A DNA stretch of 64,000 nucleotides from an uncultured Gemmatimonadales bacterium. Lineage in GTDB: Bacteria; Gemmatimonadota; Gemmatimonadetes; Gemmatimonadales; GWC2-71-9. Under the pieces are notes generated by a model. That model had not been told where the DNA came from and searched no databases. It worked only from the letters and a program-made list of their open reading frames with translations. The position numbers and the translations under genes were made by a program. The DNA is taken from contig CAWHFW010000005.1 of assembly GCA_963828735.1 (NCBI GenBank), positions 1,024,001 to 1,088,000 on the forward strand, read 5' to 3'. Positions 39,707 to 50,698 of the stretch are shown piece by piece (the stretch's first letter is position 1; each line of letters opens with the position of its first letter).

Positions 39707-42688
39707 TCATCGCGTTCGGCGCGACAGCCGGGCAAGGCCCGCCTGGGCTTCCGCCGCATATTTCGCCAGTTCCGGGTCGGCGTGGCGCCAGGAGTCGGCG
39801 ACGTGCCGATAGGCGCGCCGTGCGGTGGGCAGGTCGCCAAGCCGCTCGGCGACCTTCGCCCGAATGAGCAGCCCGTAGACGGCCAGACCACCATTCATCT
39901 GCGGAACCCATTGGTCGAGAATCGCCGCGGCTGCTCGATCCTCGCCGCGCGCGGCCAGCAAGACCGCCGCCGTGACTTTCTCCCACTGGCAGTTCACGAG
40001 CGCACAATAGACGCTGTCCGGAAGGGCCGCGAAGCGACGCATGGCATTCGCGGTGTCGGCACGGGCCAGGGCGAGATACCCCCCGGCGGCACCATAGAAA
40101 TACTGTGCCGGCCGCACGTTCGCGGCAGGGCCGCCGCGCCCGGCCGCTTCCCGCATCCGACGCTGGAAGAGCGCCAGTGAGGTAGTGTCACGACGCCCCG
40201 CCCACCACGGCAGCCCGCCCCACCGCCGCTCATAGGCATCGGTGACGATGACGCCCGGCTCGAGGCTCGGGGCGTAGGCGCGCGCCGCGTCACCTGCCGG
40301 GATGGCGCCGAGGAACACAAGAGTGGGAAGCGGGTCCATCCAGGCACGCCACCAAACGCTCGGCCGCTCCGCGGCCAGGTCGGCATGATCGAGGCTCAGC
40401 GCCTCGCGCAGGTGGCCCCGACGAATCAGCGCGCCCGCGACGTAGCGGGTGCGCATGGGCGGGTCGACCACCCACTCCACTGCCTCGCCCGGGCGGACCT
40501 GGCGCCGGGCGAGCCGGCGGAGCAGCTGGACCGCGGTCTCATGCGCGTCGGGCACCCACAGGAACATCATGCCCGCATCGAAGAGCACTTCCGCCGGCAC
40601 CGAATCCAGCTCCGCGGCAAGCGCCTCGGGCCGCCGGGCCTCGGGGAGCAGCAGCAGCCGGCCCTCCAGCCGCACCGAGGCGCTATACGCCGCCACGGTG
40701 CGGAGCTCCGCCGCCGCCCGCGCATGGTACGCCGCACGGTCTTCCCTGCCGGTCCGCAGGGCGACCTCGAGGACGTGTTCGTAGGCCGGGCCGAAGCCGG
40801 GATCGAGCTCGATCGCGCGCTCGAACGCGTCGAGCGCCTCGGGCAGACTCTGGCCCAGGCCGATCGGTGCGTGATATCGCGATTCTCCGAGGGCCATCCA
40901 GGCCTCGGGGTCGGCAGGGAACCGACGCGCGGCCTCCTGCCGCCGCGCGAGTGCCGAAACCCAGTTCTCCGGGTGCCCGTGGTCCGCGGTCCAGGCCAGA
41001 GATTCCGCCGAGATCAGCAGGCTGTCCCTGGCGGACAGCCCGTGGTTGTGATCGAAGGCCTGTCGCGCGTAGTAGTCGACCGGCTGATACGACGCAGAGG
41101 TGGGGGGATGCCAGCCGAGGATCTGCGCCATACGATACTGAGCGAGCGTGAAGCTGCTGTCTCCGGTGAGCGCCTCCTGGTAGGCGACCAGCGCCGAATC
41201 GTAGCTGCCTCGGCGGTAGGCCTGTTCGCCGGCGAGAAATGCCTTGAGCGCGCCGAGGGGCGCCGAGCCGATCGCCGCCTGTCGCACCGCCGCGACCGGC
41301 CGGGTCCGCGAGAGGGTCCGCAGGATTCCGAGGCCGAGCGAATCGGCCAGTACGCCCAGCGCCGAGGCGGAGCCTTCGACTTCGACCTCGCCAAGCAGCT
41401 CGTCGTCCCGCACGTCGAGCAGCGTGGCCCGAAGCCGGACTCGCCCGCCCTCCAGCTGGCTCACGCCGCCGGTGGCAACGATGCCGGCACCGGTCTGCCG
41501 GCCGAGGGTGAGCGCCGACGCGCGGTCCGAGCGTCCGGCCCATCCATGGAGCACCACGGAGGGCGACACGGTCCGGAGGCTGCCCGCGCCGTCGAGCGTC
41601 CGCGCGAGCAGGTCCACCACGCCTTCGCGCCACACCTCGAGGCCCGGCCCGGTCACGTCGAACGGAGCCACGGCGAGAAGGCTGGGGTCGAGCCCGGGCG
41701 CCCCGCGGTCGCGGAATCGGACGAGCCAGATGCCCGCCGCCAGGAGCACGACCGCCAGCGCTCCCGCCGGCGCGAAGCGCCAGGGTGAACGGCGACGCGG
41801 CAGCGCAGGGGGCGGCGTGCTGACCACCTGCCCGCCGAGCGCCGCCGCGAACTCCCGCCCGGTGGCGAAGCGGTCGACCGGCGCCTTTGCCAACACCCGC
41901 GCGAGCGCGGCCTCGACCGCGGCCGGCACCGTCTCGCGAAGCATGCGTACCGGCGGAATCGGCTGGGTCAGCCGCTTCGCGGCGATGGCCTGCGGGGAGG
42001 CGCCCATATGCGGGGGCTCGCCGGCCAGCATCTCGTACAGCACGCAGCCGAGGGCGAAGAGGTCGCTCCGGCCATCGATCGCCCCGTCACTCAGGAACTG
42101 CTCGGGACTCATGTAGAGCGGCGTCCCCAGGGCCAGGCCGGTCCCCGTCAGGCGCTCGCCGGCCGCGGCGCCCACAGCCAACGCAATCCCGAAGTCGGCC
42201 ACCACCGCCTCGCCATCGTGCAGCAGGATGTTCTCGGGCTTGATGTCGCGGTGGATGATGCCATGGCGGTGCGCGTGATCGAGCGCGCCTGCCACCTGGC
42301 TCGCTACGTCCAGCGCTTCGTCGACCGGCAGCTGCCGCTCCCGGGTCAAGCGGGCGCGCAGCGTCTCACCCGCGACGTAGGGCATGACGTAATAGGGAAG
42401 GTCGATCGCCGGGTCGCCGTTGGCGGCGGGAAGCCGGGCGAGGCCGGAGTCGAACAGAGCAAGGATGCGGGGATGCTGCAGGCCGGCCATCGTCCTGACC
42501 TCGGCCAGGAAGCGATCCACGCCGAGCATCGCGGCCAGCTCGGGGCGCAGGAGCTTGAGCGCAACCCGGCGGCCGTGCTTCAGGTCCTCCGCGAGGTATA
42601 CCCGCGCCATCCCTCCCTGCCCAAGTTCGCGCTCGAGGCGGTACTCGCCGGCCAAGGCGGCGGAAAGCCTCTCGAAGGCGTCGACCAT
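39707..42688 (-). CDS. Ser/Thr protein kinase with TM, TolB_N-like and TPR region (paralog of 34128-37009)
   Basis: GQGGMARV, HRDIKPEN, DFG, GTPLYMSPEQ; LAVAPFDV and WREGVVDLLARTLDGAG shared with the paralog. Confidence 0.9.
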   Translation of the reverse strand: MVDAFERLSAALAGEYRLERELGQGGMARVYLAEDLKHGRRVALKLLRPELAAMLGVDRFLAEVRTMAGLQHPRILALFDSGLARLPAANGDPAIDLPYYVMPYVAGETLRARLTRERQLPVDEALDVASQVAGALDHAHRHGIIHRDIKPENILLHDGEAVVADFGIALAVGAAAGERLTGTGLALGTPLYMSPEQFLSDGAIDGRSDLFALGCVLYEMLAGEPPHMGASPQAIAAKRLTQPIPPVRMLRETVPAAVEAALARVLAKAPVDRFATGREFAAALGGQVVSTPPPALPRRRSPWRFAPAGALAVVLLAAGIWLVRFRDRGAPGLDPSLLAVAPFDVTGPGLEVWREGVVDLLARTLDGAGSLRTVSPSVVLHGWAGRSDRASALTLGRQTGAGIVATGGVSQLEGGRVRLRATLLDVRDDELLGEVEVEGSASALGVLADSLGLGILRTLSRTRPVAAVRQAAIGSAPLGALKAFLAGEQAYRRGSYDSALVAYQEALTGDSSFTLAQYRMAQILGWHPPTSASYQPVDYYARQAFDHNHGLSARDSLLISAESLAWTADHGHPENWVSALARRQEAARRFPADPEAWMALGESRYHAPIGLGQSLPEALDAFERAIELDPGFGPAYEHVLEVALRTGREDRAAYHARAAAELRTVAAYSASVRLEGRLLLLPEARRPEALAAELDSVPAEVLFDAGMMFLWVPDAHETAVQLLRRLARRQVRPGEAVEWVVDPPMRTRYVAGALIRRGHLREALSLDHADLAAERPSVWWRAWMDPLPTLVFLGAIPAGDAARAYAPSLEPGVIVTDAYERRWGGLPWWAGRRDTTSLALFQRRMREAAGRGGPAANVRPAQYFYGAAGGYLALARADTANAMRRFAALPDSVYCALVNCQWEKVTAAVLLAARGEDRAAAAILDQWVPQMNGGLAVYGLLIRAKVAERLGDLPTARRAYRHVADSWRHADPELAKYAAEAQAGLARLSRRTR

Positions 42689-42864
42689 CGCGGCTCGATG
42701 CATGGGGGAGTCGAACGGGACTGCTTCAACCCCATTGTACACGCGATGCAACCCGTCAGCCAGACACGGTAGTGTCCGGTTTTCAATCAGACACTACCGC
42801 CAGCCGCCCACGGGCGAGCAAACGCTGCGGCCTGGTTACCCGTCCGCGTAACTCCCGTGCCCCT

Positions 42865-43452
42865 GGGAGCTCTCAGTGGGCATCGAGCGGCTGATGAAGC
42901 TGGTCATAATTCTCGACTACATGGCTGACGTGCTCGAGGTCCGGCACGGGGGACTCAAGAGATACGTCCACGATCTGCTGTCGCGTTAGTGACTTCGGCA
43001 AGGGGACTCGTTATTACAACTTGGATGCGTTGTCCAAAGGTCAGAATCTTCCTGACCCGCTAGAGGCGTGGAGTGAGCTACTCGAAAGAATAGTCAGAGA
43101 AGATCTCGATCCTGGCCGGCTCGCAGCTCTTGTTGACCAAGCTGCTGACCTAGCAGCGCGCTTAGAGTCTCATACTTATGTAGTTGCTCATGATTTGCGC
43201 AAACGCCCGCTCTCGCTGCATGACGCCTTGACTATTCCACGGCTACATGAATTTGCAGCACCACGAGCTTGTTGGGTCCTATACGAGATCTTGGTACCAC
43301 TCCGTGAGCTCGTGTTTACTGCATGGGAGCGAGCCTATTCGACGAATAGCCGGGTCTCACCAGGCGTCGCAGGAATACCGTACATGCCCGAGTTCCTTAC
43401 CTTCTTGAACTATGATCGGCGCGCCGTCCTCAAGAAGCGTCGCTGGCCTTAG
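42865..43452 (+). pseudogene. Decayed HEPN-like hypothetical gene
   Basis: LSVGIERLMKLVIILD...LKRYVHDL, then DFGKGTRYYNLD...KKRRWP in a broken reading frame; lower GC. Confidence 0.4.
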
Positions 43453-43874
43453 CAGCTTCAGTTCAAGCGCGGTACTCGCCGAGACCGAGCATTTACGCTC
43501 CCAGGAGCCCCTTGAGAGTGTGACGCTACCAGGATTCAGAGCATCGAGCGGGCATTCCGGTGTACGCCGGGACTGTTCCCGAGCGTGGGCTGACACTAAT
43601 AACATCATCCTGGGTCACGGTGCCCGGCGTGCAATAGTGCACTCCGGGGCAACGGTTCATGCCACGAGTGACCCGTGGCCATCTCACCGAAAAGTGGCGA
43701 AAGAAGTTCGACGAAATTGTGGCCAAGGCTCCCGTGCTCAAACAGAGACCAGATCGCCTGTAGGATCGCGAAGAGATTTCAACCCATAGCGGCTTTACTC
43801 GTCCCCGCTCGAAGTAGCACCGCTCTGCCACGTCTCGCCACAGGAGTGGCAACTAACCATCGGCACGCTACTCC

Positions 43875-44651
43875 CTACGATGCAGGGTTGGGTTCAGGTG
43901 CTGGGCTGCCTCTGCACGTGCCACAATACCGTCGGTCGACGGAGCCTCTGTAGCGGTCTTTGTTGTACCAGTATGTTTCACCCGACGCAATTACCCGCTG
44001 ACATAACGCACAGCTCCAACTCTTGCGAGCACGCGCGGAGTTGATAGCACTGCGGGCTCTGGCGAGGTCAAGCTCTCTCTGTATTGCTAGGTTAGCTGCC
44101 CGTGTCGCCATCCTCTGGGGCTCAGTAACCCTCATGTAAGTAGCCCCTACGAGCACGGGGAAGCCTAAAGCCCACAAGAGAAAGATTGCCTTCTCAGGCT
44201 CATTGTACTTGCTGTACCATCCATGAATGCAGTTCCCGTGTGTACACCCATCTGCAACCGCTTGATTCAGGACAGAGCAGCCAGCAAAGTAGATGAGTGC
44301 CACAAGCGCTGCGCCTACACGGAGGATACCCACCTTGTGCCGGCGCCAAAGGACAACAACCAGGCAGTAAAGCACAAGGAGCGCACAGAGAGCGAGGGTG
44401 ATCAAAAGCAGCATGTCTAAGGCGCGTTGTGGTAGGTGTGGGACGAACTGCAGCTTAGGGTAAGGAAGAGGCAGCAAGTGTTCGCCGTAATCATCCGTGG
44501 CAGTGTTCAAATAATAGATAAGCAGGGCCCCGAGAAGTATTCGGGTTGTCCACAGAGTTGGCGGCTGCCACCGATCCTTGACGATGACTCGGCTACCTTT
44601 CCGAGGCGCCTCAGCAGGCCCCAGTTGCAGATGAAACATCTTGCATTTCAC
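43875..44651 (-). CDS. Hypothetical membrane protein with C-terminal CxxC...CxxC zinc-ribbon-like motif
   Basis: About four hydrophobic segments; CALC...CGTC; lower GC than flanks; start uncertain. Confidence 0.45.
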   Translation of the reverse strand: MKCKMFHLQLGPAEAPRKGSRVIVKDRWQPPTLWTTRILLGALLIYYLNTATDDYGEHLLPLPYPKLQFVPHLPQRALDMLLLITLALCALLVLYCLVVVLWRRHKVGILRVGAALVALIYFAGCSVLNQAVADGCTHGNCIHGWYSKYNEPEKAIFLLWALGFPVLVGATYMRVTEPQRMATRAANLAIQRELDLARARSAINSARARKSWSCALCQRVIASGETYWYNKDRYRGSVDRRYCGTCRGSPAPEPNPAS

Positions 44652-44978
44652 AACCCATCATCTCAGCAGTGTTCAGCTTCTACCGCTGAATCTAGATGTC
44701 CGCAACTGACCCGCTTGCAGAGCTGTGAGCGAGAAAGGGGTCTGAGCAACCGTGGTCCCACCAAGGATGCCCTCACCCACAGTCAGAAGAATGCGAATAA
44801 CCTTTATCTTGGCAGCACTGATCGTGGCGCCCGAATCGCGTCGATGAGACATCCCTAGACCGAGAGCTGTATATGCGACAAGGCCTTAGCGGCGGCGCGG
44901 GTTTGTGCCAGGCCGTCATGTAGTTGCCCTGACCTGTGCTGCACTACTTCAGCGTAGTACAACACCAGCAGCTGGCTG

Positions 44979-45060
44979 GGTGAACTGAGCGCTATCTCTA
45001 TCTCTTAACCCCTCAGAATAATGGGGGGTGAAGAGATAGACGGGCCCGCTCGGTTCACCC
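44979..45060 (+). repeat. Palindromic site family, site B (both arms)
   Basis: GGTGAAC...CTCTATCTCTTAACCCC-TCAGAATAAT-GGGGGGTGAAGAGATAGA...GGTTCACC. Confidence 0.85.
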
Positions 45061-45208
45061 TCTCGGCCGTCCCTCCGATTGACCGGTGAGGAGCAGAGGG
45101 AGTCGGCCCAGTTCACCTCAATGGCTGACGTCGGCTCTCGGCACAAAGACTTGCTAGCAATCCGCCGCAGCCGGGGCCACATTCCAGGCGTCTCCACCCG
45201 GCAGTCCC

Positions 45209-47878
45209 GTGACCGCAGCCGACTCGCCGTTCGCCGAGGCCCTCAAGGACCGCTACATCATCGAGCGCGAGCTCGGGCGCGGCGGCATGGCGACCGTGTA
45301 CCTGGCGCGCGATCTCCGGCATCGCCGGCCCGTGGCACTCAAGGTTCTCCACCCTGAGCTCGCTCATGCGCTCGGGCCGGAGCGCTTCGAGCGCGAGATC
45401 GAGACCGCCGCCCGGCTCCAGCACCCCCACATCCTCACCGTACTCGACTCAGGCGAGGCCGCAGCGCGGCTCTGGTTCACGATGCCTTACGTCGAGGGCG
45501 AGAGCCTGCGCGACCGGCTTCGCCGGGAGAAGCAGCTCCCGGTGGACGAGGCCGTGCGGATCACGCGCGAGGCGGCCCAGGCGCTCGACTACGCCCACCG
45601 CCACGGCGTCATCCACCGCGACGTGAAGCCAGAGAACCTGCTGCTCACCGAGGACGGGAACACCCTGGTGGCCGACTTCGGGGTCGCCCGCGCGCTCGCG
45701 GGAGGGGAGGAGGCGCTCACCCAGACAGGGCTCGCCGTGGGCACCCCCGCCTACATGAGCCCCGAGCAGGCCAGCGGCGCCCGCGACCTCGATGCGCGGA
45801 CTGACGTGTACGCCCTGGCGACCGTCCTTTATGAGATGCTCGCCGGTGAGCCGCCGTTCGCCGGGCCCACCCCGCAGGCCGCCGTCGCCCGCCGCTTCAC
45901 CGAGGCCCCTCGGCCGCTACGCCAGGTGCGCGAGACGGTGCCCGAGGCGGTCGAGCATGCTGTCCTGAAGGCGCTGGCCAAGGCGCCGGCCGACCGGTTC
46001 CCAAGCGCGGCCGAGTTCGCCCGCGCCCTCAACACGCCCGCAGTGCCGGCGCCGTTAGGTGCGTCGGCGGCAGTCACGGCGCAGGCACCGGGTGCGGCCA
46101 CCCCTCGGCCTGCGCCACGCCGTCGCGTGCCCCCGGCGGCTGTGACGCTCGGACTCGGGATCCTGATCGGGCTCGGGGTGCTGTTCGGCTGGCTGCGCAG
46201 CCACGGTTCGGGGAACGTAGACAGGGGCGGCCCCGGCGTGAAGAGCCTCGCCGTCTTGCCCTTCGAGAACCTCGGCCCCGCGCAAGACGAGTATTTCGCC
46301 GACGGCGTCGCCGACGCGATCCGGGGCAAGCTGGCCGCGCTGCCGGCCCTCCAGATCACGGCCTCCAGCAGCTCGGGCGAGTACAAGGGGACGACGAAGC
46401 GCCCGGAGCAGATCGGGCGGGAACTCGGCGTCGACTACCTCCTCGTGGGCAAGGTGCGCTGGCAGAAGGGGAGCCAGGGCGGGCAGAACCGGGTCGAAGT
46501 GAGGCCCGAGCTGGTCCAGGTGCGCACCGCCTCGACCAAGTGGCAGGAGCCCTTCGACGCCGCGCTCACCGACGTCTTCCAGGTGCAGGCCGACGTGGCC
46601 GCGCGCGTCGCCCAGGCGCTTGGCGTGGCGCTCGGTGCGGGCGAGCGACGGCAGCTAGACGAGAAGCCGACGGCGAACCTGGCCGCCTACGACGCCTTTC
46701 TCCGGGGCGAGGAGGCCGCGGACCGGGTGGCCACGGGCAACCCCCTCCGGCTCCGCCGGGCGGTGGCGTTCTACGAGCAGGCGGTAGCCCTCGATTCGGC
46801 CTTCGCCCTGGCCTGGGCCCAACTCTCGCGCGCGCAGTCGCTCCTCTACGCCAACAGCTCCCCCAGTCCCGCCACCGGTGCCGCGGCCCGTCTGGCGGCC
46901 GAGCGGGCGCTCGCGTTGGCGCCTGGCCGGCCGGAGAGCTATCACGCCCTCTGCGACTATTACGGCTCCGTGGTGCAGGACTTCACGCGGTCGCTTGCCG
47001 AGTGTGCGCGGGGGCAGCGCCTGGAACCCCGCAATGCAGAGCTGCTCAGCGGCTTGGCCGTGACGGAGTCCTCCCTCGGGAGATGGGACGACGCGCTCGG
47101 GCACCTGCGCGAGGCGGTCGCCCTGGATCCGCGTGGGAACAACCCCATGCGGCGGCTCGCCCGCACCTTGCTCTGGCTCCGCCGGTACCCCGAGGCGCTC
47201 GAAACCGCCCGCCGGTCTATCGCGCTCTCGCCGACCGACCCCGGACGGTATCAGACGGAAGCCATGGTGCACCTAGCCCGTGGCGACCTGCCAAGGGCCC
47301 GGGCCGTGCTCCGCGGCGTGCCCGAGGAGGTCGAGCCGACCAACTTGGTGGCCGGCCTGGCCGACTTCTGGGACCTCTACTGGGTGCTCGACGAGGGGCA
47401 GCAACAGTTGCTTCTACGCCTCACGCCGACCGCTTTCGACGACAACCGGGGCGCCTGGGGCTTGGCGCTTGCCGAGACCTACGCGCTGCGGGGTGACTCC
47501 GCCCGGGCCCACGTCTACGCGGACTCGGCCCGGCTCGCCTATGCAGAACAGTTGCGTGCCACCCCCCAGGACGCCCAGCTCCACGCGCTCCATGGCGTCG
47601 CGCTCGCTTACCTGGGCCGCACGGCCGAGGCGATCCAAGAGGGTGAGCGTGGCCTAGCGCTCCTGCCGATCACGAAGGACGCGTACAGCGGTGCCTACAA
47701 CCAGCACCTGCTCGCCCGCATTTACCTGCTCGTGGGCGAGCCCGAGCAGGCACTCGACCGACTCGAGCCGCTCCTGAAGATCCCCTACTACTTGTCGCCC
47801 GGCTGGCTCCGGATTGATCCCACCTTCGCCCCGCTCCAACGCAACCCGCGCTTCGAGCGGCTAGCAGCGGGGAAGTAG
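45209..47878 (+). CDS. Ser/Thr protein kinase with TM, TolB_N-like and TPR region
   Basis: GRGGMATV, HRDVKPEN, DFG, SPEQ; SLAVLPFENLG; C-terminal SPGWLRIDP.FAPL. Confidence 0.9.
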   Translation: MTAADSPFAEALKDRYIIERELGRGGMATVYLARDLRHRRPVALKVLHPELAHALGPERFEREIETAARLQHPHILTVLDSGEAAARLWFTMPYVEGESLRDRLRREKQLPVDEAVRITREAAQALDYAHRHGVIHRDVKPENLLLTEDGNTLVADFGVARALAGGEEALTQTGLAVGTPAYMSPEQASGARDLDARTDVYALATVLYEMLAGEPPFAGPTPQAAVARRFTEAPRPLRQVRETVPEAVEHAVLKALAKAPADRFPSAAEFARALNTPAVPAPLGASAAVTAQAPGAATPRPAPRRRVPPAAVTLGLGILIGLGVLFGWLRSHGSGNVDRGGPGVKSLAVLPFENLGPAQDEYFADGVADAIRGKLAALPALQITASSSSGEYKGTTKRPEQIGRELGVDYLLVGKVRWQKGSQGGQNRVEVRPELVQVRTASTKWQEPFDAALTDVFQVQADVAARVAQALGVALGAGERRQLDEKPTANLAAYDAFLRGEEAADRVATGNPLRLRRAVAFYEQAVALDSAFALAWAQLSRAQSLLYANSSPSPATGAAARLAAERALALAPGRPESYHALCDYYGSVVQDFTRSLAECARGQRLEPRNAELLSGLAVTESSLGRWDDALGHLREAVALDPRGNNPMRRLARTLLWLRRYPEALETARRSIALSPTDPGRYQTEAMVHLARGDLPRARAVLRGVPEEVEPTNLVAGLADFWDLYWVLDEGQQQLLLRLTPTAFDDNRGAWGLALAETYALRGDSARAHVYADSARLAYAEQLRATPQDAQLHALHGVALAYLGRTAEAIQEGERGLALLPITKDAYSGAYNQHLLARIYLLVGEPEQALDRLEPLLKIPYYLSPGWLRIDPTFAPLQRNPRFERLAAGK

Positions 47879-48031
47879 CGGGGCCGCCGTGCGATGCGTA
47901 AAGCGTCGTGAGTCCGTCTGGCGTCCTCGGCGAGTCCCAGACCCCGCTCGGCAGCCTTCTCACCCGCCGGATCCATCCCACTGTTCACATGGCAGTCAAC
48001 CACTCTGAAGGCAGATCTAAGCCCGAGGAAA

Positions 48032-48090
48032 GGTGAACAGCCCGGCTCTATCTCTCTCTTAACCCCTCAGAATAATGGGGGGTTAAGAGC
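48032..48090 (+). repeat. Palindromic site family, site C
   Basis: GGTGAACAG...CTCTATCTCTCTCTTAACCCC-TCAGAATAAT-GGGGGGTTAAGAG; the left arm is the near-exact inverted complement of the right arm of site A. Confidence 0.85.
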
Positions 48091-48159
48091 AAGGGCGAGG
48101 CTTCGGATAGGCGACCTGCGGCCGCTTTCTTCGATGCCCTTGCAGCTCAACTCTATCCG

Positions 48160-49020
48160 TTAGGCAGCGCCGCCGGCCGCAACGTACGACGCGCCACTCC
48201 TCGCAACCTCTTCACGGAATGCACCGAGGCGCTGGTTGAACTGTGCGGCATCGTCCCAGAACGCGGCATGACCTGCGTCGGGCATGACGTCAACCTGCGC
48301 GTGCGGCAGCCCCGCGCGGTGTTGCGCGACGACCTCCTGTCTGACGACCGCGTCGAGCGCGCCATGCGTGATCAATACGGGCTTCATGATGGTCGGCAGG
48401 AGGTCGTCGTTGTCGACGACGCGCGTCAGCAGCGCCTGACGGACGAACGGCGGCACGGACACGTTGAAGCCCAGCATCGTGTACAGATCCGACGCCTCCG
48501 GCTCGCGGGCGAAGCACAGGTGCAGCAGCGCCTCGAGGCCGCGCACGCTCTCGCCCACCTCACCCGAGAAGAGCCCGGGCAGGAGGGCAAGGAACTCCGC
48601 CGAGAGCACCGCCGCGGCCGCTTCGCTGCCGAGCTTCGTGACCGCGCCCACCAGGTGAATCCCGCCGATCCGCTCCTCGCCGTAGTGCCGGATGTAGTCG
48701 AGGATGACGAGCGGCCCGTACGACCAGCCGCAGAGAATCGGTCGGTCGAGCTCCAGCTCCCTGATGGCGGTGTCGACGTCGGCCGCCCAAAGCCTCGAGT
48801 CATCGTAGCCGTCGTGCGGCCGCTCCGACGAGCCGTGGCCACGCAGGTCCATGGCGACAAGGCGGTACCGGTGCGCGAGCTCGGAGCGCATTTGCCGGTC
48901 CCAGGTGAGCCAGCTCTGTGAGCAGCCGTGGAGAAACAGGATCGATGGACCGCGTGGCTCTCCCGCTTCGACGAGGTGGAGCCGAGTGCCTCCTCCGCCG
49001 ATGCACGTGTGGTGCTTCAT
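48160..49020 (-). CDS. Alpha/beta hydrolase (non-heme haloperoxidase-like)
   Basis: FLHG, DLRGHG.S, GWSYG, HG.LD, AGHA; GGAG RBS. Confidence 0.85.
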   Translation of the reverse strand: MKHHTCIGGGGTRLHLVEAGEPRGPSILFLHGCSQSWLTWDRQMRSELAHRYRLVAMDLRGHGSSERPHDGYDDSRLWAADVDTAIRELELDRPILCGWSYGPLVILDYIRHYGEERIGGIHLVGAVTKLGSEAAAAVLSAEFLALLPGLFSGEVGESVRGLEALLHLCFAREPEASDLYTMLGFNVSVPPFVRQALLTRVVDNDDLLPTIMKPVLITHGALDAVVRQEVVAQHRAGLPHAQVDVMPDAGHAAFWDDAAQFNQRLGAFREEVARSGASYVAAGGAA

Positions 49021-49169
49021 CAGTCTCCTCCGCTTCGGATTGCCGTTCTGATCACCGCACTGGGTTACCGCGACCGATGCCCGCGGCGTGGCGCATCGGC
49101 ATTGAGATAATGACCGGCCCGCGATACGTTGGGATCGGACGAACCGTCCTATACGCGGAGGGCCCCGCC

Positions 49170-49976
49170 ATGGGCCTGGCGATGCGACAAGTGGATCTCG
49201 AGCGGCTCGATCGTGCGCTGACCACCATCCTGTCGCCGCTCGCGCACCAGCACTGCGACGACTGGTGTCTCGCCGTCGAGTCGTCAGTCGCGGAGCTGCT
49301 CGACGGCGATCACGTCGTGTTCGGGTTGCCCCGCGCCGGCGTGCCGATGCACGTCCATTCCATGAACGTGGCGGCGAAGCCGCAGCGCGCGATCCAGACG
49401 CTCTTCGGCAGGCTGCCGGACCTGCCGCCGGATCCTTGGCTTCAGAGTGCTGAGCGCGAGCGGCTGCGCTCTGGCGCTGAGGTGTGGAGTCGGGTCCGTG
49501 CATTCCGGCGGGCGGCCGCTGGGCAGCCGGCGGCACTACGGCGCTCGGCCTTCCTCGGCGAGGTCCTCACGCCCGGCCGGATATACGACAGCGAGAACAT
49601 CGACTGGCCTGTCGCCGACGGACACACCGCGCTGTGCATCTCGTACAGCAACGTCGAGACGTCTGTTCGTTCGCGCCGGGCGAGCCCAAGACATGCAGCG
49701 GGAGCGCTGCTCCGACTACTGCTCCCCACGCTCAAGGTGGGAGTCACCATGCGTCTCGCGCGTGACCGCGAGGTCGCGTCGGAGCTGACACTCGGACGGT
49801 TCGGGCTGACCAGGCGTGAGGCGCAGATCGCGCGTCTGCTCGCGCGCCGAGCGACGAACAGGGAGATCGCCGATCAGCTCGACGTGAGCCCGCACACCGT
49901 GCGGCATCATGTCGAGAATATTTTCGCGAAGCTCGGCATCCATTCGCGCCGCTCCATCGCCTCGCAGTTCGCGTGA
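49170..49976 (+). CDS. LuxR-type HTH transcriptional regulator
   Basis: LTRREAQIARLL...TNREIADQL.VS.HTV..H..NIF.KLG; divergent from the hydrolase. Confidence 0.8.
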   Translation: MGLAMRQVDLERLDRALTTILSPLAHQHCDDWCLAVESSVAELLDGDHVVFGLPRAGVPMHVHSMNVAAKPQRAIQTLFGRLPDLPPDPWLQSAERERLRSGAEVWSRVRAFRRAAAGQPAALRRSAFLGEVLTPGRIYDSENIDWPVADGHTALCISYSNVETSVRSRRASPRHAAGALLRLLLPTLKVGVTMRLARDREVASELTLGRFGLTRREAQIARLLARRATNREIADQLDVSPHTVRHHVENIFAKLGIHSRRSIASQFA

Positions 49977-50344
49977 CCGAGCGACGCGAGCTCCCGACAT
50001 GCTCCGGCTGCAGGGCTTGTCTGTAGTGGACGGATACCTGATGGTATCCGCGAAATATTTGGGGGTGACATACGGCGATGTGGACGCGAGCCTGCGAGCT
50101 CGGATGGCACGGGTACGTGGTCCTTCTATACGTCACCTAGGCTAGTCCGCAGTTGGAACTCAAGTTAGCAAAGCTGCTTCAGGCTAATCACACCATCTAC
50201 TCGGCCAGTCATGCGGAGCAGCTACTTGCAAGCCGCACGCCCCCACCTAGCGTACCCATGCTAGAGGCGGAAACGCATGTCACTCAATGAGTGCTATCAC
50301 CGTCCATTCGTTGGCCCAACGGGCTCATGAAGGCGTACAAGAGC

Positions 50345-50430
50345 CTTCGACCATCCCTCAGAATAATGGGGGTTAAGAGCAGAGGGCACCGGCGATTCGC
50401 CCCTTCAACCATCCTTCATTCCTTTGGAGG
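50345..50430 (+). repeat. Palindromic site family, site D (two sites in tandem, cores TCAGAATAAT and TCATTCCTTT)
   Basis: CTTCGACCATCCC-TCAGAATAAT-GGGGGTTAAGAGCAGAGG...CTTCAACCATCCT-TCATTCCTTT-GGAGG. Confidence 0.8.
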
Positions 50431-50698
50431 CTCCGGCATTCTCTGGATTCTTGTCTGGGTTCGGACTCGGGTTCTGCCCCGGATTCTGGTGCGGATTCTC
50501 CGCCGCGGATTTCTTTGCCGGAGCAACCCCCTCGATCCCGGTCGCCCGTGGAAAGCTTCGCTGATGGAGCGCTAATTCGCCTGCCACTTCGTCCGCTGAA
50601 TCACTGGGCGCGTCGGTCGGCTTCCAGCCGGGTTCTAGGCAGGACATCTCGTGTAATCCTGCCATCCAGCTGTAGAATCCGGCGAAGTTAGGAGCTCG

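Noticed and set aside
50436..50515. Degenerate 12-bp GGATTCT repeats (ORF 50405-50665, NPxx repeats)
   Set aside because: Short low-complexity tract with no support for a real gene or function.
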